This document shows positions 1-12,781 of a stretch of DNA of 64,000 bases, in pieces. The notes under the pieces are model-generated. The model saw only the letters and a list, made by a program, of their open reading frames with translations, ran no database searches and was not told the origin of the DNA. The translations under genes were made by a program, and so were the position numbers. Origin of the DNA: Euglena gracilis (Eukaryota); NCBI GenBank assembly GCA_039621445.1, contig CP154954.1, positions 40,355,572 through 40,419,571 of the forward strand, read 5' to 3'. Numbering within the stretch: position 1 is the first letter of the stretch; every line of letters begins with the position of its first letter.

Positions 1-1691
1 AACGCGTGCGATGGACACATGTGTGGGGGGCATATGATGGTGGAATGGAAGCATGCTTTACCCCCACCTCAACCCCAGGCCATACAACCCACAGACATGC
101 AGATGTGCACGTTTCTGGAGAACGCTCGCACACACACGCACACGCACTCGATGAAGGTTCAACGTCTAACGCACGACACATGCAGTCCACCAGGGTTGGC
201 GTTTTTCCCCAGTGGGGTACGTTGCCAAGGGGCACTGAAGGCAGGCAGGAGCGCAGGAGCAACAGCGCCTTCTGGTTGCTTCACACCTGGCATCCCCATC
301 ATTATAGGTTGGATTGATTTGGCTGTGAGGGCCACGGTGGGTCAGGCGGTTAATTTGTCACCCAGGTGCAAGAGGGGGCACACTGATCCCTCAGTTTGTC
401 CCATCCCGCCGATGCCCTCCGGGCAGGTGCCCCTGAATAAAGGCTTGGTGGAGTTTTCATGGAGAAGCTGTGTGGTTTATTCTGTTGTCAATTTTTTTGC
501 AAAATTTCTGCAAACACGTCATTGGGGGGTGCATTCAATTCTGTCAAGTTTTGAGAAGTTTTTTTTTTGATTGTTTCCCATGTGGGCGGGGTTGCAGCCT
601 GCCCATATGCCGCCCCACCACCAGACACATGATGCCCAGGCAAGGCATTTTACAACCCCAAGCCAGACAACGGGTGAAAGGTGGTTAGTGGTGGCCAATG
701 GTCAACTGCTTCTGGCCGTGTTCTTGGCCTGTTTTCCTGCTCTTTCTGCCCTTCTTCCTTCGGCCACCTCCTTTGATGCGGTCTTGCGTCGTTCTGCAGC
801 GCTTCAGCAGCTTTGAAGCAGTTTTGCCACCTTGGACCTGTCTTGAGGGCTTTGGTCTTGCACTTGCCGTGGTTCAGCTTTGGCTGCTTTGGACCTCTTT
901 CCGCTTCGCAGTGGCCACCTTGGCCACATTGGGCCCTGCTCACCGTGCTTTGGCTGCAAAGGCAGCCAAAAGGTTTGCTTCGGCCAGCTCGAGTTTCTAC
1001 CAGTGCTCTATCTGCTCTCCTCACACCTTGTGCCTGTTTTCTTGGCCACCCTGTTTGTTTCTTGGGTCGTGCCAGAAACAAGGCCATTGCATGAGGTTTA
1101 GGTTCAGGCATTGGATGATAAGTGCCTTGCCATGCCATGCATTTGATTTGATACACTGACCAATGTTGATGTGTCTCCTGATGTTTGGTGGTGGGTGGCA
1201 TTGGGCCAGGGCAGACAATGCTGGTTGTATTGACGGTCGCCGCATATTTTATCTTTTTTTTTGCGGCAATTTGTTTCCACAACAAAAAAGTTGGTTCCAC
1301 CAGAACCCAGTCCAGTGGGAAAAGAGCTCTCAGTGGTGGCTGTGTGCTTAATCTGGGCGGGTCTTTTTTCAGATGGCTAACCAAATGTTTGGCCGTCCGT
1401 TTTGGTGGGGGCAGCATGAGGTCCGAAGCCGTTCGCAGAAAAAACAGGCACCAATGCTTTGCACTCTGGGATGGGCCACACCGGGGTCGCCAGAAGGCAG
1501 CCCCGCCGCAGCCGCTGGCAGAGTGGCGGAGGCGGGTGGGCTGGAGCGGCATGCGCCCAGCCGCGACGGTGAAGATGAGGTGTGCGTGTGTGGGTGGGGG
1601 TTTGAACAATCAATTGGCATTCCTTCGTTCTCCATCCTTGCCATTTATTATTTTTGCTGAAATGGAGGGCCTTACTTTTGGGGGGGGGTTA

Positions 1692-2756
1692 CAGGCTTGT
1701 GCTTAGTCAGGTGCCCACCCCATGGGGGGGTGCCAGGGGCAGGCACCCTCCAGCACTCATCTGACTACCCCCCGGGGGCCATTTTGGCCATTTGGTTTGG
1801 CAAAAATTGCTCTTTTTGCGCCTTTTTTCCGCCAGCAATTTTGCATTTTTGCTGGAAAAGTTTTTTGATTGCCAAAATTCCTCGTTTGACCCCCATTTCC
1901 CCAATACAGAAAATGTGATACCAAATTTGTCAATTTTTTGCTCGAAGATAAGCATTCTGTTGACCCCCCCCAAAAAAACGCAGAATTGACAAAATTTTCG
2001 GCGTCGGGGGATGATCGGGGGCAAACCGAGGAGTTTTTCATTCAGTCAAAGAATTCCCAGCAAGGATCTAAAAGTCGACAAAAAAAAAACACAAAAAAAC
2101 GCAAATTTTCACAAAATCGAAAAACACAAAAAAAAACAAAATAAAACACATTTGCTTCCCCCCCTGCACCGGGGATTGTGTCTGCCAAGAAACAATTGTT
2201 GTTGTTTTTTTTTTTGCCCCCCACGTGGCTTCACGCTAATCCCCGAAACGCGGCGGGTGGTTGGAGGAGGGGTGGTCGACACCCCCCCCCCCCCCAATCC
2301 TGTTGGGGGGTCCTACCTCTCCACCTATTTCAGGTGGGGAACCAAGCTGCCCCCCCCCCCCGCCCACCAAACTGGATTCCTACAATCGTTGGTGGGCAAG
2401 GTGCACAAGCACAAGGAAATTTCTTTTGCAAATTTTGAACCAACCACCAGGCCGTATTTTAGTTGGGTGCTGACCAGGCTTGTGCTGAGTCGGGTGCCTA
2501 CCCACGGGGGGGGGGTGCTAGGGGCAGGCACCCTATAGCACCCGATCCGACCCCCCCCCAGGGGGTAGGGTTTTGGGGGTGCCTGCCCACAGCAGGCACC
2601 CCCCTCCGACCCCGGCGCCGGGTGCCCGGAAAAGACAATTTCAATGAAAATTTCTGGGTCCCCCCCCGGACCCCCCCCGGGGTGTGTCTGCTCGTGGCAG
2701 GCACCCTATAGCACCCACCCACCTCCTCCCCCCCCGGGTTGGAAAGCACAAGCTTG
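1692..2756. repeat. Dispersed GC-rich repeat, possible hAT-like MITE remnants
   Basis: A ~65-bp direct repeat (CAGGCTTGTGCT.AGTC.GGTGCC...GGCAGGCACCCT..AGCAC) occurs at 1692 and 2475, with a partial copy near 2695. CAGGCTTGTGCT (2475) is inverted to AGCACAAGCTTG (2745-2756). No TSD found. Confidence 0.4.
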
Positions 2757-3225
2757 TTGCCTGTGGCCTTTTGGAGTCCCTCCTGGCAATCCCTCCTGGC
2801 AAAGCAATGGCATGTTCCCTATCCCCCAAACTCCCCGTTGATGCCACAACCTCTGCCTCTCAGCACCCCCAAATCCCAAAATGTTTTCGGGGCCAGATTG
2901 TTTTAATGCCAGGAAATGGGGGGATCCAAAATGGGCAGAGGGACCCCCCATTTTTAAAAAGGAAATCCCTGGTGGCTGGCTAATTTTATTCCTATGGTAT
3001 TTCCCCTTGGTGAAGCTTCTGAATTTAAAGGAGTATAAACCGTAATTACTCGTGAATGCTTGATGGAATACTTTCAAAACAAATGTCGCTTTAAAAGATG
3101 TTGATACAGATGAGAGTGCCAAAGACGAAATACGTTGATATTTTTATTCCATATTTCTATGATTCCACCCTGGCTGCAGTTGAGTCGGGGCTCCCCAGGG
3201 TCAGAAGTGGGTGATTGGTTCATTT

Positions 3226-3502
3226 ATGGCCAGTTTCCCCCCCAGGACCCTGTCTTGGTGGGGTCCTAGGGGGGGGGGTCCCGCAATTCTTGGCAAAATT
3301 TTTGCACCAAAAGATGAGGTTATTTTGAAGACTGGGGGGGGTCGGGGGGGGGGGGGCGGTTGCCTCTCCCCCCCCCCCCCGCCAGCGGGCACAAAAGGCG
3401 CCCGGAACTCCACGGTCAGTGGGTCCTGTGGGCACCGTCCCCCGGTGGGTGCTGGGGGGGGGGGGGCCTTTGGGGTTGGGGGCCTGGGGGGGAACTGGCC
3501 AT
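3226..3502. repeat. ~280-bp element with ~20-bp terminal inverted repeats (MITE-like)
   Basis: ATGGCCAGTTTCCCCCCCAGG (3226-3246) is near-inverted to CCTGGGGGGGAACTGGCCAT (3483-3502); the interior is rich in G/C homopolymers. Confidence 0.45.
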
Positions 3503-3587
3503 GACTCGATTGGTTTCCAGAAAAAAGCAGCTGACTGTTTTCTTTTTGGGGGTGAAAATGAACAGGGGGTGGCACGGTCATAACCTG

Positions 3588-3627
3588 TGTATGTGGGTGT
3601 TGGTGCGCGTGTGCGTGTGCGTGTGCA

Positions 3628-3663
<36 letters not shown>

Positions 3664-3720
3664 TGTGGGTGGGTGGGTGTGGGTGTGGGTGTGGGTGGGT
3701 GTGTGTGTGCGTGTGTGTGG
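3588..3720. repeat. (GTGC)n/(GT)n/(GTGG)n microsatellite
   Basis: Tandem short repeats seen directly. Confidence 0.9.
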
Positions 3721-5379
3721 ACGCATTTGTGCCCATGTGCCCCCCTCCATCCATTCTCAGCTTGCGAAAGGTGGAGGAGGCAGAGTGTCGTTTTATCACC
3801 AGCAAGGAGCGGTGCCTGGCGCTGGGTGGCCACAGTTGGACTGCTTTCAAGCCCCGTATTGAGAATTTCCAGATGTTCTGATTGTTCCCCAACTGGGGGG
3901 TGCAGTACCCGCAACTGACGGACGGCTTTGCCTGGACAAGGTGTGGCAACCTGCAGCCTCTCCAACCTCCCATGTTGCTAGGGCAGTCCACAGGGGACCG
4001 GATTTTTGCTTTTTTTTGTCGCATTAAGGACCGCGCTTCAAGGTCTTGCCTTTAGGCCCAGTAGCCGGCCAAAGGCCGGACTGGGGCCTGACGAGATCAA
4101 AAATCGAAATCAAAAAATTTTCGATTTTTTTTGAAATGGGTTCTCATTTTTCCAAAGAATTTGGTGGCATTTTTTTTGCATGTTTTCCTTTTATTTCCAC
4201 ATGAAAAATCTTCCAGAAAATCATTAACTGAGCATTTTTTGGTTTATTTTCAACGATGAAACAGGGATTTCCCAACAACTTTGGTGTTAGGTTCAGCATG
4301 CATGTGACCAGCCAAATGACCCCTCACCGGTCCATCCCCCCCATTCTCTCAGGTCGTTCCAAGTGTTCCCCGGCAGGAGGTGGGTGTTTCTGGACACCCC
4401 TGTTCTTTGCCATTGTATTGCCTGCCATTCACTGGCTTGTTTGCTGAGGGCTGCCCCCCCCCACCCAAGGAAGTACGGGAATCGGCGAAGCAGCCACGGT
4501 CAACCCCCTCCCCCCCAACAACCAGCTGTATTCCCGGCAGCACCAATTTCGACCCCCCAATGAATTTTCCCCGCGGCTTTTGCGCCAGGCGGGTTTGTTT
4601 TAAAAAAATCTGTGGAAATGCTGTGGTGTGGGGGGTCAACCACCCCCCCACCGTGGGGGGTCAACCACCCCCCCCCCCACCGTGCTTTCCCGTGCAGTCC
4701 TGTCCCAGCATCGCCATCCGCACACGTTGCGATGCGTTGCGCTCTTGTATCATAGAACGTTAAAAATTAACCAATAACCTGAGAATAAAGCAAGTGTCAC
4801 CCATAACCTTGAAGAACAAGTTGATTAATTCCGCCCGCATTATTTTCTGTTTCAAAGAGCAATTTGTGGATGGTCTGACCCCCACCTTCCTGCAGTTTGA
4901 ATTTGGCGGGGGAGGTTCCAGGTTCCTGTGAAAACCAAAACTCAAATTCATTTTTTTTTGTTCGCTGTTGTCATTTGAAGCCAAAGGATCCACAATTTTT
5001 TTGGGTTTGTGTGCAGAAGTCTCTAAATCATTTGGCATTCTTCCTCCAGTCAATCAACCGAGTCCATCATTTTGTGAATCCATCTCTCACTTTTATTGAA
5101 CCCACAGCACCCCTCAACCAACCACCCACCCACCTGAAATCCAGCCAAGATCGGCTGTTCACGTTTGTGGGAGATTATCTTCCCAGAACTAATTGCAGAC
5201 AACATGGGGGTTGCACTGGGAGGAATTTTATCGCGCAAAAGAATGCGCCGGGGAGGGCGAGAGCCCCTCCCCCCCATTTCAATTTAACCTTGCTATCAGA
5301 GAGCGAAAAATCCCCCACACCACTCCACACTGATGTGCAGGTTGAGTGGGTTCCGTAAAGATGAAGCAAGAAGTTAAAT

Positions 5380-5895
5380 TGGGATCAGGGTGAAGCCCGA
5401 AATTCGAAGACGGTTTTTTTTTCTGGAAAAACACCAATTCGGGAAAATGAGGGTCAGAAAAAAAATGTTTCCCCTAAACGGGCCCACCCCATGCAGGGGT
5501 TTTTTTAAGACCGGGGGGGGTCCTCCCCCCACACACCCACCCCCCTGGGCCCCCCAGGGTTCGATATGAGGAGGGCGTACGTGGTTTAGGTGGGGGGGGT
5601 GTCCCCCCACCCCCCCCCCTCATGGCCAGCAGGGGTGGTCCGGACCCCCCCTGGACAGGTGGGGGGGTGGACCCCCCCACCTGTCCTTATATCGAACCCT
5701 GGGGCCCCCGGGGGGGGGAGGGGGTCCTGGGGGACCCACCAAAAATGGCCGAAAAATCGCGAAAAGTGCTAAAAAAAGAATTTTTTCAGCGCCTGGGGCG
5801 CCGAAAGTATATCCCACCCCCCTCCGGGGGGGAGGGGGTCCGGCGGACCCACCTCCCCCCCCCGGGGTCCAAACTTAAAAATATCCCTGACCCCA
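5380..5895. mobile_element. MITE-like element with internal inverted repeats
   Basis: Ends TGGGATCAGGG (5380) and CCCTGACCCCA (5885-5895) are near-inverted. Internal inverted pair CCCAGGGTTCGATATGAGGA (~5553) / TCCTTATATCGAACCCTGGG (~5684), plus repeated GGACCCCCC motifs. Confidence 0.45.
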
Positions 5896-6189
5896 TGCTG
5901 GCGTCTCTGAAGCGGTGGGGCATCCACTCAAAAAAAAAGGACCACTCGGGCTCCGCACTGCGAGATGGTGAGGCCCTGCTTTCTTTGCCGGCTGTTCTGT
6001 TCTGGTGTGTTTGTGCGTGCGCGGGGAATGCTTCCTACTGCTGACCATTCGGGCTTCGCACCTTCAGGGGGTGAGATCCTGCTTTGTGTGCCGGCTGTTT
6101 TGTTGTTTGTGTTCTTTTTTGGCGGGGTGCTTCTTACTGCTTTTTGGTGCCGGAGTTGGCGGATATTAACGCCCTTCGACAACATCAAA

Positions 6190-9100
6190 ATGGCAACGTA
6201 CGCAGAAATCTTGACATCAGAGGATGAATCAGTTTTCGACAATTCGTGGAGCGAGCTCTTTTTCAACGGGGACAAGGTGGCGAAGCTATTGGCGGAGTCG
6301 TCCCCGGAATCCCTCGTCGCCGTCATCGCGGCCGGGCAGAACTGGCTGGGAGGCGGATGGCACACGACGAAGTGCGCAAAGAAGGTCCACGAGTTGACCC
6401 AGGTGGCGATGGTCTCCAGCCAAGTCGGAGACTACAGGAATTCGTTCTTGTACTCGGTGGCGTTGGCAGGAAGTGTGGAGGTACCACTGATTGACTTGGG
6501 GCAGACAGCAGCGGACGTGGCGTTCAAGTTGGCGGATCGTTGGCTGGAGAAGAGTTCGAAGAAAGACAAAGGGATGACGCCACGAGCGGAGCGGTCCGCG
6601 ATGGAGGAGGACGGAGAAGACGAGGAGGACAACGACAACGACGACGCGGAAGAACGGCTCCCCTGGCAGGAAGAACTGGCGCCCCTGGCGCCAGAGCTGG
6701 CAGCGTGCCTTCGGCACGTCGAAAAGGGAGTGAGACTCCCCTGGAAGATGGTCCTGGGGGAGCTGCCCAGGTATAACGGGATGAAAAGTCGTGCAGAGGA
6801 TAACAATCACAACGCAGACGGCAAAGGGGCCTGGGATAAACAATTGAAGTCATGGCAACAAAAGATGTTACACCTGGAAAGGATGGTGGCATGCCTGTAT
6901 GGCAGTGTGGAGACAGATTATCAAATATTGGCACAACAATTGCTTTTTGCTGTAGCAGAGATGGAACAGACACTGCTGAAGGAGAGGAAGAGGTGCAGCA
7001 TTCCAGGGGCAATCCCCAGCACCAACAACGGGCTGTTCTCCAAAGAAGGCTTGGCTGTGGACAAAGCCCAATGGGCTCTGAATCAAGCAGGCCTGGCAAC
7101 AGCCTTTTCAAGACATTCTATGTCTCATTTTCCCATCCCCACAGGAAATAAAGGATTTAAGTTCAAGTGGGGCAAAGGCAAAGGCTATGGCAGCCAAGGC
7201 AAGGCTGGGAGGGGAAAAGGCTATGGCAGCCTGTGGAAGAACCCAGGATGGCAGAAGGGGTATGGATACCCTACTGAATCTTCCCACTCCCTACTCATGC
7301 CACAGGAAAGGCAAGGGCAAAGCCTGAAGCATCAAAGCCTGAAGCATCAAAGTCCCCAAGAAGGGGTGAAGCCATCACAGCCAGACCATCAATGGAGTGG
7401 GGGAGAGACCCCCCAGCTGAGCTCCATGGAGGAGGTAATCCCCCTGCTGACCCCTGCTCTGAAGCCATCCCCAGTCTGGCAAGGGCTCATGGGGACAGGG
7501 GCCTGGCCCAGCACAAACTCCCCCCCTATGGAATGGGAGAGAGGAATCATTCAAAGCCTGGATTTCAGAGAAAGGGCCTGGGAAAAGGTGCCTCTGTTTC
7601 AGAGACTAAGAAAATGTCTGCCATGGTGGCAGGAAAATGCAAATCAGTGGGTAGTAGCACTAATTCAAAAAGGTGTGCAGCCAGACCACCCCCTACCTCT
7701 GGGTCTGTCAAAAAGGCAGCAGCAAAAGTCAGTGCAGGAAATCAGCCTGGCCTCCAAAATCTTGCAGGAGTACCAAGAAAGTGGGGCAACCAAAAAAGTA
7801 CAAAATGCCCAAGACACTGCCCATCTGGTACCCTGGTTTGTGTTGTCCAAACCAGAAGGGGAGGGGGTCAAGCATCGACTTATCACAGATTGTCGAGATC
7901 TAAATCAATTTTGCTGTCCAGAGAAGTTCACTTTGGAAAACATGTCCACAATTTTCCCCACTCTAAAAAAGGGGGATTTGAAAGATCCGGGCAGCATGCC
8001 CACAATGGCAATTGCTGGCATGCAGATGGCAGCTTCCGCAACACTGGCATTCTTCAACCTTCAGAACACAGAACTTGCACACCCAGCAGACTTTGCATAA
8101 TCTCCCCTTTGAATTTGCCAGGCACTTGGGACACCCAATCCCAGGGGGACTTTCCCAATTCTTCTTCCCCTTGGCACGCAGCATCAGCCAAATGCACAAA
8201 TACAGCAGAACACTCCTTCAAGTCCAGTCCACAGCGCCACGCAAACAAGTCATGGGATTTGCCCTACCAGAAAAATGAATTAGGAACTTCTCTGCTGGAA
8301 ATCCTTAATTCACCAATCTGTAATGCCAAATGTTGTAATGCCAAAGGCTGGCATGCCAAAAGTTGCTGTGCAGCAAGGCCACTCACACTCCCCTCTCCGG
8401 GCGAGCTTTGCTGGGTCCAACTCCCAACAAAGCGAGTCAAAAAATTAAAAAGTGGCCTTGGTTGCCGTCACACCCGTAAAATAAAAAAAATAGGAATTTT
8501 AAATACGGTTCGAAGTGTTGCACCTGTCTTGGGGCAAAGCTCCCCCAGGTGGACACTCCTACAGCAAACACACAGGCAGGCTGCAGAGGAAGGGCACCCA
8601 CACCCCCTTGGAACCTCCTCCCCTGATCACCTCTTCTTTTTCAGGGGAAGACATCCCAAAGATGCCCCTTGGACCATCATGGGTGGAAACCTACCCTTCC
8701 ACCCAAAATGGCCCAGAGGTGGGTGGGGTCCCAAGCAGGGGGTGAAATGGGCAAACTGGGGCATTTAAATTCTAGTTAATTTGGTCAACTGCGGCTCACC
8801 ACAACCCACTGTCGAGCCATTTAATGAGATTTCCACCCAGCAAACACCCACCGCGGCATGGCCACATGCCCTCAGCGGCCATCTCCCACAGACATGTGTA
8901 ATTTATTGGGTTTACTGCCCCAGAACTGGCCACAGACACAGCACGCGGCATGCCACAAACATCAGCCAAATACTTCGAATCTGACCTGTCCAGCTTGCCA
9001 TTACTTCCCCTTCACTTTCTTCCTCCTCTCTCTTCTTCCCCTTGTTCTGGCTTTTCCTTCTGTCTGCACCCCCTTGTCGCACATCTCGATTGCATGTCTG

Positions 9101-11204
9101 AATTTGGAATCTCCATGTCCAAAATTGTCTTCAACACTTCTGTCCGAAACCTTCCCATGACCAAATCTGGCATTGCAATCTTCAGCATGACTGCCCAGAT
9201 CATGCACTTTCTGAGCATCTTGGGCAGAGAACTTGTTTGTACAGGCTGGACTGACTTGTTTGTGAAAGATCCGGGCAGCATGCCCACAATGGCAATTGCT
9301 GGCATGCAGATGGCAGCTTCCGCAACACTGGCATTCTTCAACCTTCAGAACACAGAACTTGCACACCCAGCAGACTTTGCATAATCTCCCCTTTGAATTT
9401 GCCAGGCACTTGGGACACCCAATCCCAGGGGGACTTTCCCAATTCTTCTTCCCCTTGGCACGCAGCATCAGCCAAATGCACAAATACAGCAGAACACTCC
9501 TTCAAGTCCAGTCCACAGCGCCACGCAAACAAGTCATGGGATTTGCCCTACCAGAAAAATGAATTAGGAACTTCTCTGCTGGAAATCCTTAATTCACCAA
9601 TCTGTAATGCCAAATGTTGTAATGCCAAAGGCTGGCATGCCAAAAGTTGCTGTGCAGCAAGGCCACTCACAGATTGGGCAGTCAAACTAGATTTGAAAGA
9701 TGCATACTTTCATCTGGGTCTGGAAAAAGATTTCAAAAAATTTGTCAGAATTCAAGTGGGATCAGACCTGTGGGAGTTTGAGGGGGCCTGTTTTGGCCTA
9801 AGCACCCTCCCAAAATTGTTCATGTCACTAATGAAAGTTCTGTTAAAACTGTGGAGGTCAAAGGGAATGCAGGTGTTCGTCTATTTGGACGACATCATTC
9901 TGTTTGGTTCAACAGAAAATTTGGTGAAAAAACATTTACTGCAAATGCTGGACACATTAGGGGAGGCTGGGTTCAAGGTCAGCCAGAAAAAGTCTGTGTT
10001 TACTCCCACACAAAGGCTGCAGCATTTGGGGTTCATCATAGACTGGGAAAAAGGTCAACTGGAGGTGCCCCCACACAAACTAAAAACTATCAGAAAGGAA
10101 CTGGGCAAGGTGGTGCTGGCCCAAAAACTAAGCTGCAGAAAAATAGCCAGCATTCTGGGGCAAGTCAGAAGTTACCTCCCTGCTCTGCCATTTTTAAGGC
10201 TGGTAACCCAGGAGCTTTTAAAGTTCAGCCAGATGCACCAAGAAAGGGGCTGGGATTTTTGCGTCGACCTTCCAGAAAGGCTGAAAGGGGAAATCAAATT
10301 GCTGAAGGCATACTTGCAGCCAGGCCTGGGCAGGCCTTTCCTGCAACAGGCAAAAAGGGTGCTCCATTCAGACTCCTCCACATGGGCATGGGGGGGAGTG
10401 GATTCATCCCAAAATCAAATCATCCAAGAATTTTGGAGGGAGAAAAATTGCCTACACATAAATGTGAAAGAATTGATGGCAGCTGTTCAGACAGTAAAAG
10501 CATTTGCCCAGCCAGGGGAGACAGTGCTGTTAAATGTGGACAATCAGGTAGCACTGAGTTACCTTACCAAATGGGGAGGCAGAAAAACACACCTCAATCA
10601 GATTTTGGAACCCCTGTTTCATTGGTGTTGGGAAAACCAAGTTCAGTTGCAGGTTCAGTGGGTTCCTTCAGCAGCAATGTTGGCAGACCCCCTCACAAGG
10701 TGGGATCAAGACAGGGGGGATTATACCCTGTGCCCAAAACTGTTCACCCAAAATTTGAGGTTCTTCAGAAAGGACATTGCTCCAGACACAGACATGTTTG
10801 CATCTCCAGGAAATGCAAAATTACAAAAATTTGTGGCCAGATGGCCACACCACCAGGCTTTTCTGGTGGATGCATTGAAATGCGACCTGAGCTCAGCCAA
10901 AGAGGTTTATGCCAACCCCCCATGGAAGGTAATTTTTCCATGGCTCATCAGACTGAGGCTGAACAAGCAGGTGAAATGTCTTTTGGTGACACCCATGTGG
11001 GTTTCCAGTCCATGGTGGCCCCTGTTAATCAAAATGTCCAAACCAGGGACAGGAATGTTGGTCTTACCCCCCAGGGAAGGCATGTTCAGCAACTGTTGGG
11101 GGCAATCAATGCCAAAGCCAAAATGGCCCCTGGCTTGCACAGTGGTATCAGGTTCCTTTTGGAACAGCAAAAAATGTCACATCAAGACATTGAAAATGTC
11201 CTGA
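6190..11204 (+). CDS. DIRS A polyprotein: gag-like ORF1 + reverse transcriptase + RNase H + N6-adenine methyltransferase-like domain, interrupted by the LTR insert
   Basis: Removing 7979-9675 restores TLKKGD-WAVKLDLKDAY and gives one ~1105-aa frame. Motifs: RLITDCRDLN, FGLSTLP, VYLDD, HSDSS, HINVKELMA, VDNQVA, LADPLTR, DMFAS, YANPPW. Confidence 0.88.
7979..9671 (-). mobile_element. Non-autonomous LTR retrotransposon (TRIM-like), 1693 bp
   Basis: Two 409-bp LTRs (7979-8387, 9263-9671) that appear identical; TG...CA termini; GATT TSD (7975-7978, 9672-9675); minus-strand PPT GGAGAGGGGAG abutting the LTR at 8388-8398; no pol motifs in the 875-bp interior. Confidence 0.92.
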
Positions 11205-12314
11205 GGAGTTTGGGACCACTGAAACGTTATGACAGTGCATTCAGAAAACTGTTTGTAATTTTGCAACAGAAAGGATTGGAGCCCTTGCAAGTCTCCAAGA
11301 TGGAGCTGGCCACTGCCCTGCTGGACCTTCACAAACTGTCACAAAGCGATGCTCGATGTGCGTATGCCTCACTGCAATATCTACCTGGTTGGGAGTCCAT
11401 CAGATTTCATCCTTTACTGACAAAAGTAAAAAAGGAATGGAATCGTTCAGTGCAGAGGTATGCTGTTTTTTGGGACCCCCTACCCATTTTGCAGAAGTTG
11501 CAGAGCCATACAAAAATTTCTGACATGTCCATCGTGGAATTGAGATGGAGAATCATTTTGTCTTTCAGACTTTTGGCTCTTCACAGGGGGGTGGACCTGG
11601 CCAGAACCCAGAGGACCATTTCAGTGGTGGGGGAAAAAATTTTTCATTTTGGTCAGGAGAAAGGGATGGCCTTCACCAAAGTGGGAACAAGTATTGAAGA
11701 TTGATTCCATTCCATCTTTGAGTCCATATCATTTGATGAGAGAATATGTGAAGAGAACATCTTTCATCCCCCAGGGTGCCCCATTGTTGTGGAGTTTGGA
11801 TGGCAAAAAACCCTTGTCCTCCAACAGAATCAACTCTTTGACAAAGGAGTTGTTGGGCACTTTTGGCATTCCCATTTCCCACTGGAAAGCCCACAGCACC
11901 AGGGGGGCAGGAGTTTTGATGTACAAAAAGCTGGGATTGTCCAGTGAGGAGGTGTGTGAACTTGGGCAGTGGAAAAATGCCACAGCTTTTTCAGCCCATT
12001 ACCTCAGATTGGGGGCGGTGGATTCGGCAAAGAAAAAATTTGAAACAAGGGTCGTGCACACAGTCTCACCCCCTGAAGGTGCGAAGCCCGAATGGTCGAG
12101 TACTCCCGGGAAGCATGACCAGGGAGGAAGTGACCATGAGGGCGGAGCACAAGAGGGGGGTGAGCCCACCCAACCCACCCGAAAAAGAAAAGCATCCTCG
12201 GGGGGGGGGAGGAAACGCCCCTGCTCACGGGCCGGGGGGCCCCTGCGGTTCACCTTCGCCAAGTCGGTGTCGGAGAGCACGTCATCGCCAACTCCGGCAC
12301 CAAAGTCGCAGTAA
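9851..12314 (+). CDS. DIRS A tyrosine recombinase ORF (overlaps RT/RH/MT; frameshift near 11645)
   Basis: Frames 9851-11704 and 11649-12314 carry LHRGVDLAR, KAHSTRGAG, LGQW...FSAHYLR, the YR catalytic R, HxxR, W and Y pattern. Confidence 0.88.
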
Positions 12315-12781
12315 GAAGCATCCCGCCAAAAAAGAACACAAACAACAAAACAGCCGGCACACAAAGCAGGATCTCACCCCCCTCTTGTGCTCCGCCCTCA
12401 TGGTCACTTCCTCCCTGGTCATGCTTCGCGGGAGTACTCTTTTGTTGCCGGAGTTGGCTGATTCCTAATTCTGCCCTTCCACCTCAAGGAGAAAGACTTT
12501 CAACTCTACGAGTGCGGTCAATACGGAAGACAAAAATCAATCACGTGTTCAACGGACTTCAATGAAAGATGTGTTGGAAAAAATTTGACCACTCGGGCTC
12601 CGCACTGCGAGATGGTGAGGTCCTGCTTTCCTTGCCGGCTGTTCTGTTGTGGTGTGTTTGTGCGTGCGCGGGGGGTGCTTCTTACTGCTTTTTGTTGCCG
12701 GAGTTGGCTGATTCCTAATTCTGCCCTTCGACCTCAAGGAGAAAGAAATTTCAACTCAACGAGTTCAGCAACGTTCAGCAA

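Larger units (their letters stand above)
6043..12439 (+). mobile_element. DIRS1-type YR retrotransposon A, full length, inserted in the left ITR of C
   Basis: Left ITR ~6067-6161 is inverted to right ITR ~12286-12381. ICR 12064-12164 is the reverse complement of the right-end|left-end junction (GAGTACTC|GACCATTC). Encodes RT, RH, MT and YR. Confidence 0.93.

Noticed and set aside
650-1609. 319-aa minus-strand ORF and neighbouring ORFs in 1-5.9 kb
   Set aside because: No recognisable domain; low-complexity overlapping ORFs are expected in such sequence.
7392-8768. 458-aa ORF
   Set aside because: Chimeric: an alternative DIRS frame running into the inserted LTR element.
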